Below are positions 1 to 8,151 of a DNA stretch of 59,245 nucleotides, piece after piece. The stretch's first letter is position 1. Every line of letters begins with the position of its first letter. The position numbers and the translations under genes are program-made. The notes beneath the pieces are model-generated. The model had not been told where the DNA came from, did not search any database, and saw nothing but the letters and a program-made list of their open reading frames with translations. The stretch is from Desulfobulbaceae bacterium (lineage in GTDB: Bacteria; Desulfobacterota; Desulfobulbia; Desulfobulbales; BM004), in NCBI GenBank assembly GCA_002868955.1, contig PKTW01000022.1:1-59245 (forward strand), in the 5' to 3' direction.

Positions 1-145
1 AAAGACCAAGCTCATTTTGGGCTTCAGCAAGGGCAATCCAACAACGGCGCCATGTTTGTATCCGGGTATTTTCAGAAAAAAGTTCCTGCATTTCACGGCT
101 TGTATACCGACTTACCAAGGGATCCTGGTAAATTTCTCTGTGCAT
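1..145 (-). CDS. purB: adenylosuccinate lyase, N-terminal 48 codons only (gene runs off the window start)
   Basis: Minus-strand ATG at 145..143 is preceded by GAGGAA. The translation MHREIYQDPLVSRYTSREMQELFSENTRIQTWRRCWIALAEAQNELGL fits the conserved ADSL/PurB N-terminus (PL.SRY.S.EM..FS...WR..W..LAEAQ..LGL). It is too short to appear in the ORF track. Confidence 0.7.
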   Translation of the reverse strand, partial: MHREIYQDPLVSRYTSREMQELFSENTRIQTWRRCWIALAEAQNELGL

Positions 146-758
146 TGCAAAATTCCTCAAAAAAATGAATTAATAAATGTATATATAATGGCAGCGCTCC
201 ATTATATACGAAATTATCGTGTTGTTGTCAGCAGGCAAAAGAAAAACAGCAGCAAAATATTGTAATGTCGCATAACATATATTATGTTAAATTAAATTAT
301 AATTGTAATTACAACATGTTACATATGTGCTTTTGGTAAAATTAATATATCCCCTGCTTGGTGGCCAAAAAAAAAATAGAGAATTTGATAATTTCCTGTA
401 TGGTTATGAAACAGGAACTGCTCCGGGCGGAATTTATAGTAAGGTTTAGCTTTAATATAGTTTGTTATATATATGTATTTACGTATTTAATAGACATAGT
501 GTTTCCAGAATCAATTCACCCTTTTGATCATAGAAAACATTTTGTGGGCTGAAACTGTCAAAAATAATGAAATACATAAATCCCCAAATAATGTGATGCT
601 GGTATATAAATTGTCTCTTTCAAAATCCCTTTCAGAATTTTGCCGGATACAGAACAGAAATAATACTGTTAGCGATTATATTAGATGGTGTTATGACATA
701 ACTCAAAGAAATATTAATTGATATATTTCAACAATTTCATGTATTTATAGGTTTTTAC

Positions 759-1070
759 ATGGGACAAAAAGAGGCAAAAATCCCCCCCTTGCACACCCGT
801 TTCGGTTTGCGGCTGCTTCAAGTGCTGCTCATTGTTTTTTGCCTGCTCCTAATCAAGCGATGTGTAACTATTTATCATGACAACAAGGAAACCAACGATC
901 AAATTAAAATAGAATTTTTTGACAAAGGGTATGTCAGCGGTATGAAAAAGGCCAAAGGGCTCCCCGCAGAACCGGAGACTCAATTCAAGAACTATGCCTT
1001 AAAAAAAGCATATCGGGACGGTTACCGCCAGGGTTGGGACATGGGCCGGGAAGAAATAAAACAGCACTAA
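759..1070 (+). CDS. hypothetical small membrane-anchored protein
   Basis: 103-aa ORF with one hydrophobic helix (LRLLQVLLIVFCLLLI) and a charged C-terminal half. No clear RBS and no recognisable family. Confidence 0.35.
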   Translation: MGQKEAKIPPLHTRFGLRLLQVLLIVFCLLLIKRCVTIYHDNKETNDQIKIEFFDKGYVSGMKKAKGLPAEPETQFKNYALKKAYRDGYRQGWDMGREEIKQH

Positions 1071-1148
1071 AAGACTATTACTGATTAGGCCTCTGCAACG
1101 GTTTGTCTCATTAGCCAACATGCAAACCCGACGTTTAACCGGCAGAAC

Positions 1149-2066
1149 CTAGGCTTTACTCTTATTCTTCAAAAAGGTGCCTGCCCGGTACTCATCAAAT
1201 GCCAACTGCAGTTCTGCCTGGTTATTCATGACAATCGGCCCATGCCAGGCAATTGGCTCATTTAGCGGCTTTCCAGAGATAAGCAGAAAACGAATCGAAG
1301 GATCCCCGGTTTCTATATGCACAGACCTGCCGTCCTCAAACAGGATAAGAGTTCCATTACTGGCAAGAGGATCTGTCTCCATATCAAAAGAGTTCTCGCC
1401 TTCTGCTTCATAGATAAACGGCTTTTTTTCCTTACATAAATATCCCTGTCCGGCAATCACATAGGCAAAAACAGTATGCCCGGGCTTGACTGGATGTTCG
1501 TAAACAGTATGCGCAGGCACGGTAATATCAAGATATTCAGGGTCTATCATTATATCCTGCACCGGTCCGTGTATCTTGTTGACCGTGCCGCAGATTATTT
1601 TTATCTGCACGTCGTTCTCCAGAGTTATCACCGGGATATCATTTGATTTTACATCCCTGTAGCGCGGTGACATCATCTTTTCTGCTGCCGGTAGATTAGC
1701 CCAGAGCTGAAAGCCTTCCATCCGGCCACTTGCATCCCCTTTCGGCATCTCCTGGTGAATAATACCGCTGCCAGCGGTCATCCATTGGACATCACCGGCA
1801 TCAATGACGCCTTTATTGCCCAGGCTGTCACCGTGTTCAACTTTGCCCTGCAGAATATAGGTGATTGTCTCGATACCGCGGTGAGGATGCCAGGGGAATC
1901 CTTTGTTGTAATGATTCGGGTTTTCTGAGCGAAAATCATCCAAAAGAAGAAACGGATCGAATTGTCCTACTTCACTGGATCCGAAAGCCCGCTTGAGATG
2001 AACTCCGGCCCCTTCAATGGTTTGCTTACTTCTAAAGATTTTTTTAATTTTTCTTGCAGCATTCAT
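1149..2066 (-). CDS. pirin family protein
   Basis: 305 aa with pirin/cupin motifs (FPWHPHRGIETITYILQG..HGDS..G, QWMTAGSGIIHQEMP). Confidence 0.9.
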   Translation of the reverse strand: MNAARKIKKIFRSKQTIEGAGVHLKRAFGSSEVGQFDPFLLLDDFRSENPNHYNKGFPWHPHRGIETITYILQGKVEHGDSLGNKGVIDAGDVQWMTAGSGIIHQEMPKGDASGRMEGFQLWANLPAAEKMMSPRYRDVKSNDIPVITLENDVQIKIICGTVNKIHGPVQDIMIDPEYLDITVPAHTVYEHPVKPGHTVFAYVIAGQGYLCKEKKPFIYEAEGENSFDMETDPLASNGTLILFEDGRSVHIETGDPSIRFLLISGKPLNEPIAWHGPIVMNNQAELQLAFDEYRAGTFLKNKSKA

Positions 2067-2116
2067 AACGATGTCCGTTACCTAGAAACATTAATTTTGC
2101 GAACAGCCCTTCCCTT

Positions 2117-2422
2117 TTAAGAAATAATTACGTCAATCCCATGCGTTGCAAGGTAATGCAAGGTCTTGCTGCATAAAGGCGCAGCGGTTTTCAGCATAAC
2201 CTTGCAACCTGGTTTTGCTTTCTTGATTATTTCCACATTAGCGAGGATTTTCCTGCCGTCAGCCATAATTATCCTGCTCTTGCGATTTATTACAATGGCA
2301 AGGGTATTTCCATCGATTTCCTCAACAACTAAACGCGGCTTCAAGCCCAGGGATTTAGGATCTATGTAGTGCGTCATTTTCTTAGGGACAAATGAATAAA
2401 ATATTCCCCCAGACTTATTCAC
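2117..2422 (-). CDS. hypothetical protein
   Basis: 101-aa ORF with a GTG start; an alternative ATG lies at 2377. It sits directly downstream of the methyltransferase gene on the same strand. No family recognised. Confidence 0.45.
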   Translation of the reverse strand: MNKSGGIFYSFVPKKMTHYIDPKSLGLKPRLVVEEIDGNTLAIVINRKSRIIMADGRKILANVEIIKKAKPGCKVMLKTAAPLCSKTLHYLATHGIDVIIS

Positions 2423-2484
2423 TTCTGGGATATGTTTTTTCTGCTATGAAAGAATTTGTTCAGGTGGGAGAACTGTAAACAGCG

Positions 2485-3171
2485 TTATTTTATCGCCATG
2501 CTAATAGCAAAATTATGATAACGCCAGTAGCAGTCCATTTTTGCAAATCCTGCCTGCTCCAGCCATTGAAAATGGTCTTCCTGGGTTACTGGATAGTCCT
2601 TGGTCAAATGTTTATCAAGCCAGAATTCAGGGTCTTCACCGTTAGCAGCGATAAATTGCATCCAGCTGCTGTATTGAAATTTCCGGGTATCCCAGTCCTC
2701 ATCAATAATGATATCATTCAATATGAAAGAACCATTTTGATTCAGGATTGAATAGATGAGCTTGTAAAAATCTTTGCGTTCACCCCAGGTGAGATGCTGC
2801 AGCGTAAGGCCTGCAAGGACTATATCATAGCTGCTGCCAATGGAGTCAAACCGGTAATCTCCAAGCATAAGTTCATATCTTCCCCGGTATGCCGAGAGAT
2901 TTTCTTCGTATTCTTCAAGCATTTTGGGGGTCAGGTCAAAACCAACAACAAAGGCATTGGGAAGTTTTTTAAGAACGAGTTCAGACAAAATGCCGTTACC
3001 GCAGCCAAGATCCAATATACGTAATTGCTTATCCGAATTTTCAGGCAGCAGCTCATATATTATTTCATGCTGTTTCTTGTATTGCGGCACAAGTTTTTCC
3101 ATGAGGTTTTCATATGTATTTGCCTGGCCTGCAAAGTGTCCGATAATCTGTTCTGTGATCATGTCTGTCAC
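2485..3171 (-). CDS. class I SAM-dependent methyltransferase
   Basis: 228 aa with SAM-binding motif I (ILDLGCGNG) followed by an acidic post-I residue (VVGFDL). Confidence 0.85.
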   Translation of the reverse strand: MTDMITEQIIGHFAGQANTYENLMEKLVPQYKKQHEIIYELLPENSDKQLRILDLGCGNGILSELVLKKLPNAFVVGFDLTPKMLEEYEENLSAYRGRYELMLGDYRFDSIGSSYDIVLAGLTLQHLTWGERKDFYKLIYSILNQNGSFILNDIIIDEDWDTRKFQYSSWMQFIAANGEDPEFWLDKHLTKDYPVTQEDHFQWLEQAGFAKMDCYWRYHNFAISMAIK

Positions 3172-3407
3172 CCCTGTAGCATTAATTTATAAATGCTTTC
3201 TATAGAAGGTTGGAGTCATCTGCGGAATAATGTTGTATGAATCAACGGACAAGTTTTTATGCTTTGATATTGTCAAAAAAAAACCCAAAAGGTTTCAGTA
3301 AACATTTGAGGTTTTTTTACGCGCAACTGTATTTTATCATTAGAGAATCAAGACCTCTGCTGCGTTGGTCTTTTCCGTAAAAAGCATGCCATCTCTGACG
3401 CCTCACA

Positions 3408-3436
3408 ATATTAGGTAAAAATACCTACCATGTCAA
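3408..3436 (-). promoter_or_regulatory. sigma-70-type promoter (TTGACA, 17-nt spacer, TAATAT)
   Basis: The minus strand reads TTGACAtggtaggtatttttaccTAATAT, with a consensus -35, an exact 17-nt spacer and a near-consensus -10. It lies 40 nt downstream of the recJ stop and about 230 nt upstream of the methyltransferase ATG. Confidence 0.5.
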
Positions 3437-3477
3437 TAAAAATATCCTGTTAAAGATCCTTGTAGAATGAAGCCGCG

Positions 3478-5280
3478 TCAGGCGATGGATGGCCGCAGAT
3501 CAACAACGTTCAGCTGCCATTTTTCCTGCCCCATATAAGAATTCAGGCGTAATGTGAAGGCCAGGTCCATGACACCCTTCTGTGATGCAGCGACCAGCTT
3601 TCCAAAGCCAAAACCGATGCCGTTTATTGACTTGCCATTCTCCATTATGGAGAACCTGAGATGGTTGGTGCCCACAAGCCTGGGCTTTGAAAGCTTTTGT
3701 GATCGCATGCAGAAGATTGGTTCAGGAAAGCCGGCCCCGAAGGGAGCCAGGGAAATAAATGCTGCTAGAAACTTTTGGTCAGCTAGTTCATTTAAGGTAG
3801 TTTGCATATCTATCAAGAGGCTGGGGCTGAAGGTGTCTTTCCCGGATTGTGCCCCTATGAATGCATCAAATCGATGCCTGAAGGATGTAATGTTGTCAGC
3901 AGGCAGGGTGAGCCCCACTGCACCGGCATGGCCGCCGAAGCGTTGCAGCATTTCCTGACAGGACGAAACAGCCTTGTGGATATCAATGCCTTCAATGGAG
4001 CGCCCGGAGCCTTTCACCAGTTTCTGTACTTCTCCGCTATCATCCTGTGTACTGTCTGTAAGCAGGATGACGGGACGGTAAAACTGATCGCTCAATCTGC
4101 TGGCAACGATGCCAAGCACACCCTGGTGCCAGTCATTTTTAAACAGCACCAAAGAATGAGCAGTATCGAGTGTTTCAGGGGAAACCATGCTTGCGGCTTC
4201 TGTAAAAATATCGGCTTCTATGCTTTTCCTGGAATTATTTGCTGCTTCAAGTTCCTCGGCAAATTGTTGCGCTTCTTCCGGGAAATTCGTTGTCATAAGT
4301 TTCACAGCCTTGCCCGCTGACCCGATCCTACCTATTGCATTGATGCGCGGCGCCAAGCGAAAGGCAATATCCTCAACAGTAACGTCCGTGTTCGAGTTTT
4401 TGGCATTATCAAGCAGCTTCTGTAAACCAACCCGGTTGGCCTGGTTAAGAATCTCCAGGCCGCTTTTGACAATTATTCTATTGCAGCCAGTGACAGGGAC
4501 CTGGTCAGCAACCGTGCCGATTGCCACCAGGTCCATGTATAACTTGAGATTCGGAATTTTATTCTCAGGCCAGTGGCCGTATGTTATCAACTCGGAGCGC
4601 AGTCCAAGGATAAGGTAGAATGCCACCCCTACCCCGGCCAAATGTTTACAGGGAAATGTACAACCGGGCTGCAGAGGGTTAAGGATGGCATCGGCCTGGG
4701 GCAGCTCATTGGGTGGTTTGTGATGGTCGGTAATAATCACCCTGAAACCGAGGTTTTTTGCCGCGCTGACAACATCAGTATCACTGATACCGCAGTCCGC
4801 AGTCAAGAGGACCCCGGCCTCACCCCATTGTTGCATGTTATGGTCAAAAATTTTCCTGACTGCCTTAATGTTGAGTCCATACCCTTCGCGCATGCGGTCA
4901 GGAATATAAGAATGCGACGGGACTCCGAGTTCTTTGAAAAATTGGGAAAGAACAGCGGTTGCTGTAACCCCGTCAGCATCAAAGTCGCCAAAAACAGTAA
5001 CGGGTTGTTGAAATTTCAAGGCTCCCAACAGGATTGACACAGCCTCATTCATGCCCTTCATCAGATGAGGGCGCGGCAGTTCGTGGAGAGATGGATTCAG
5101 AAAATCCTTAATGTTTCGTTTATCAGAGATCCCCCTGTGGATTAGCAGGGTTACAATGGTTTCGGGAATGCCGGCGTCACGGGCAATTTTTTTTACCTGT
5201 GTTTCAGTTATATCGGTGGGCAATTGGCGTAACAGCCATTTTTTTTCTGAGCGTGGAAAATCCATATTTCTACCGGGCAC
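3478..5280 (-). CDS. recJ: single-stranded-DNA-specific exonuclease RecJ
   Basis: 600 aa with DHH-family motifs (GDFDADGVTA, TADCGISD, ITDHHKP) and a DHHA1 GGHAGA motif. The start is uncertain: GTG at 5280 or ATG at 5265. Confidence 0.92.
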   Translation of the reverse strand: MPGRNMDFPRSEKKWLLRQLPTDITETQVKKIARDAGIPETIVTLLIHRGISDKRNIKDFLNPSLHELPRPHLMKGMNEAVSILLGALKFQQPVTVFGDFDADGVTATAVLSQFFKELGVPSHSYIPDRMREGYGLNIKAVRKIFDHNMQQWGEAGVLLTADCGISDTDVVSAAKNLGFRVIITDHHKPPNELPQADAILNPLQPGCTFPCKHLAGVGVAFYLILGLRSELITYGHWPENKIPNLKLYMDLVAIGTVADQVPVTGCNRIIVKSGLEILNQANRVGLQKLLDNAKNSNTDVTVEDIAFRLAPRINAIGRIGSAGKAVKLMTTNFPEEAQQFAEELEAANNSRKSIEADIFTEAASMVSPETLDTAHSLVLFKNDWHQGVLGIVASRLSDQFYRPVILLTDSTQDDSGEVQKLVKGSGRSIEGIDIHKAVSSCQEMLQRFGGHAGAVGLTLPADNITSFRHRFDAFIGAQSGKDTFSPSLLIDMQTTLNELADQKFLAAFISLAPFGAGFPEPIFCMRSQKLSKPRLVGTNHLRFSIMENGKSINGIGFGFGKLVAASQKGVMDLAFTLRLNSYMGQEKWQLNVVDLRPSIA

Positions 5281-5289
5281 AAAGTCAGC

Positions 5290-6369
5290 CTAGAGCTGGG
5301 GAATATTATGAGTTTTGTAATACTCGTAACAGATGTTCTGCAGGGCAAAAAAATTCCGGCGAATAAAATCGGCCTCGTATTCGGTGTCAATATCAAAGGC
5401 GGAACCGAAACAATGACTTAAATCCAGTTCCAAGTTGAGATTTATGAGTGTATGGATAGATGTGTAAATTTTTTTCAGATCCCTATAATAAACTCTGTTG
5501 CCTTTACTTTTAACAATTGCCTTGTAGGCATTGATCAGGTAGAAAACAGCCCTGGCCCGGTCTGAATAGCTGTAGCTCTCCACCCCAAAGGGTTTGGGGA
5601 AAAAGAGCCTTTTGAAAAAAAGGAGATTCCCTTTGATGTTGCGCAGGTTTTTTTTGCGCCCAGCAATAATAGTCCTGTTTTCATAGAAGTTGCCTGCCAG
5701 ATTCCAGATATTCTCGTTCAGCTTGAGAGGCTTGCCTGCTATGAAGCTGTTGACGATCAAAGAGACATCCATGCTGTCAATACGATAAGTGTAGAAGTTC
5801 TTAATGGATTTTTCCCTGTCCGGAAACTCGCCGAGCCTTTCCAGAATAGCCTTGTAATCCTTTCGGACAGTTCGTCCAATAATCAGGTCAGCATTACGGT
5901 TCTTGTTTTCAATGAGAAAATCCAGTTCAAATGAACTCAAAAGCGGTGTATCACTGACAATGACATTGACCTGCTTTTCCCATTGGTCACCATGTATAAA
6001 ATATTCCCGTAATTGATCCCAATTGACTTTTTTTATTGAATCCCAGCTGCTGGCCATGCTTCTCAGGGTATTGTTGTCACGGGAAAGATACTTGAGATAG
6101 GTGAAGAAGAAACTCTCCATGATATTTTCCCGCTCTTCAACGAGAACCAGCAACTGGCGGTATTGTTTCACGTGTTCGGCAAGCATTCTCTCAAGGGTTT
6201 TCCTGTCGCCCCAGATATAGATGTCGCCAACGCTTCTGGCTCGCATGGCAGCCTCAACCACATACTCAAGACAGGTTTTGCCATGAAAATCCATATAGGG
6301 CTGAAACTGGTTGCCTACAAGTTTTGCGCCGCGGGTGCCCGCCCCTATGAATATAACTTCTTTTTCCAA
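5290..6369 (-). CDS. nucleotidyltransferase-like protein of unknown function
   Basis: 359 aa. The N-terminus IFIGAGTRGAKL resembles the GxGTR(x) sugar-nucleotidyltransferase loop. The remainder is unrecognised and rich in Asn, Lys and Tyr. Confidence 0.6.
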   Translation of the reverse strand: MEKEVIFIGAGTRGAKLVGNQFQPYMDFHGKTCLEYVVEAAMRARSVGDIYIWGDRKTLERMLAEHVKQYRQLLVLVEERENIMESFFFTYLKYLSRDNNTLRSMASSWDSIKKVNWDQLREYFIHGDQWEKQVNVIVSDTPLLSSFELDFLIENKNRNADLIIGRTVRKDYKAILERLGEFPDREKSIKNFYTYRIDSMDVSLIVNSFIAGKPLKLNENIWNLAGNFYENRTIIAGRKKNLRNIKGNLLFFKRLFFPKPFGVESYSYSDRARAVFYLINAYKAIVKSKGNRVYYRDLKKIYTSIHTLINLNLELDLSHCFGSAFDIDTEYEADFIRRNFFALQNICYEYYKTHNIPQL

Positions 6370-6387
6370 TTATTCTCTTTGCTGCGA

Positions 6388-7359
6388 TTAAGGTGTGTCT
6401 CTGGTTAAGAAATTTTCAATATCCGCAAAAATTGCATCCCGCGCACGCACATCATGCCATATGATTTCCGGGTCACTGTTAAACCAGGTGTATTGTCGCT
6501 TGGCATAATGTCTTGTATCCCGGGCAAGTATTTCGAGTGTCTGCTCCCAGGTCCAGGTGCCACTTAAGAAATTCAGTATATGTCGATATCCTATGGACTG
6601 CATTGTTTTTAATTCTTTACCGTACCCCATGGCCAGGAGCTTCCTTACTTCAGCCAACAGTCCCTGTTCTGCCATGTATAGGACCCGCTGCTCAATACGC
6701 GCATACAGTTCTTTGCGCGGCCGGGTCAAACCGATCTTGAGAACTTGATACGGCGACGTTTTTTTCTTTTGTCCAGCCAGATGTCGGGACCAGGGTATGC
6801 CGGTGGAGTAATATATTTCCAAAGCTCTGATGAGTCGTTGTGTGTCGTTGGGATGGATGCGCCCTGCAGAATCAGGGTCCACTTCTCCAAGTTCGCGATG
6901 CAAGACGTCGTTCCCCGCTGCATGAAGTCTTTTGCGGAGAGTATGCGTTGTTGATTTGATCTCTTCTCGCTCGCCTGCCCCGCTATCTTCTACAGCAAAA
7001 GAATTTTCATCAAAGACCCCTTCGAGCAATCCTCTGAAATAAAGCCCGGTGCCGCCTGTCAGGAGAGGAATATTTTCATGGCTGCATATTGTCCGGATAG
7101 CTTCTCCGGCATCTTTAACAAATCGGCCAAGGGTATAATTATCATCCGGTGCAATAATGTCGATAAGATAATGTGGGATACGGGCCCTTTCAGCAAGCGT
7201 TGGCTTTGCAGTGCCGATATCCATATACCTGTAAACCTGCATGGAATCAACGCCCACGATCTCGCAGGAAAACCTTTCGGCAATCTGCAGGGAAAGTTCG
7301 GTTTTCCCAACAGCGGTAGGGCCGCATAAGACGATGAGTTTTTGTTTATGGGTGGGCAT
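6388..7359 (-). CDS. miaA: tRNA dimethylallyltransferase
   Basis: 323 aa with P-loop GPTAVGKT and motifs typical of MiaA (DSMQVYR.MDIGTAKP, QR..RALE). Confidence 0.93.
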   Translation of the reverse strand: MPTHKQKLIVLCGPTAVGKTELSLQIAERFSCEIVGVDSMQVYRYMDIGTAKPTLAERARIPHYLIDIIAPDDNYTLGRFVKDAGEAIRTICSHENIPLLTGGTGLYFRGLLEGVFDENSFAVEDSGAGEREEIKSTTHTLRKRLHAAGNDVLHRELGEVDPDSAGRIHPNDTQRLIRALEIYYSTGIPWSRHLAGQKKKTSPYQVLKIGLTRPRKELYARIEQRVLYMAEQGLLAEVRKLLAMGYGKELKTMQSIGYRHILNFLSGTWTWEQTLEILARDTRHYAKRQYTWFNSDPEIIWHDVRARDAIFADIENFLTRDTP

Positions 7360-7442
7360 AAGGAATTATATCACATTTTTTTGCATATCAACCAGTTTAG
7401 GAATGCTTAACAGGTTACTCCTCAGGCACAAAGGCAACTTTA

Positions 7443-7558
7443 AATGTAGGATGTAGAATTAAAAATGCAGAATGGTAAACATTAAAAGAGGAGCGGAAAG
7501 CACAAAAGCACACAGAAAAGACATACAATTCTCCATTTTCAATTCTTCATTCTACATT
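7443..7558. repeat. 31-nt imperfect inverted repeat (27/31 complementary) flanking a 54-nt loop
   Basis: The left arm is aatgtaggatgtagaattaaaaatgcagaat (7443..7473). The reverse complement of the right arm (7528..7558) is aatgtagaatgaagaattgaaaatggagaat. The right arm abuts the comEA stop codon. Confidence 0.75.
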
Positions 7559-8151
7559 CAATCCAGGGTTATATGATCAACCAGGGCTCCATATTTTTTA
7601 GGGCCGATTCCAGAAATCTGCAAAAGTTCATCCTTGGACCTGAAAGGACCATGTTGATTTCTTCGCTGTACGATTTTTTCTGCCAACGCTGGGCCGATGC
7701 CAGGAAGGGAGATTAAAATGCTTTTATCGGCACGGTTTATGGGGATTGGTTGAAAAAAAATGTTAGCCACTGCCGGCGGCAGGGGCACAGGTTGGGATAT
7801 ATCAGAAACGGTTTGAATCGCATAAACCACCTGATTTACATCCTGTACTGCTCCAGCGGCCAAAAGTGAACCTATCACTGGGAAATTGTTTTCCAGCTGT
7901 GCCTGAGTAAAAAGATAGAGTCCCTCAAGCATCTCAGGGGCGCCCGCCAGCCAGACATACTTTTCTGCTGTCTCTGGAGGGGGCGGTGCATTATTTTTCG
8001 GTAGAAATTGTCGAGGGTTGGGAAAAAAACTAGCCGCAAGAATAAGGATTGCCAGGGCAAGGAAGACCAAAGTATTCTCTGCAGAGCTTTTTCGAAGCAA
8101 ATGATCTGCTGCATGAAGAGAGCTCTCTTCCTTATTTCTGCTTTTGTTCAT
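7558..8151 (-). CDS. comEA: ComEA-family helix-hairpin-helix DNA-binding protein
   Basis: 197 aa with an N-terminal membrane anchor and two C-terminal HhH motifs (LPGIGPALAEKIV, ISGIGPKKY). Confidence 0.8.
   Translation of the reverse strand: MNKSRNKEESSLHAADHLLRKSSAENTLVFLALAILILAASFFPNPRQFLPKNNAPPPPETAEKYVWLAGAPEMLEGLYLFTQAQLENNFPVIGSLLAAGAVQDVNQVVYAIQTVSDISQPVPLPPAVANIFFQPIPINRADKSILISLPGIGPALAEKIVQRRNQHGPFRSKDELLQISGIGPKKYGALVDHITLD

Noticed and set aside
358-721. ORFs 358..552 and 524..721 in the AT-rich region at the window start, and 17..265.
   Set aside because: Their composition is AT-driven (Ile/Asn/Lys/Phe-rich). They have no RBS and overlap each other. ORF 17..265 is antisense to the purB N-terminus.
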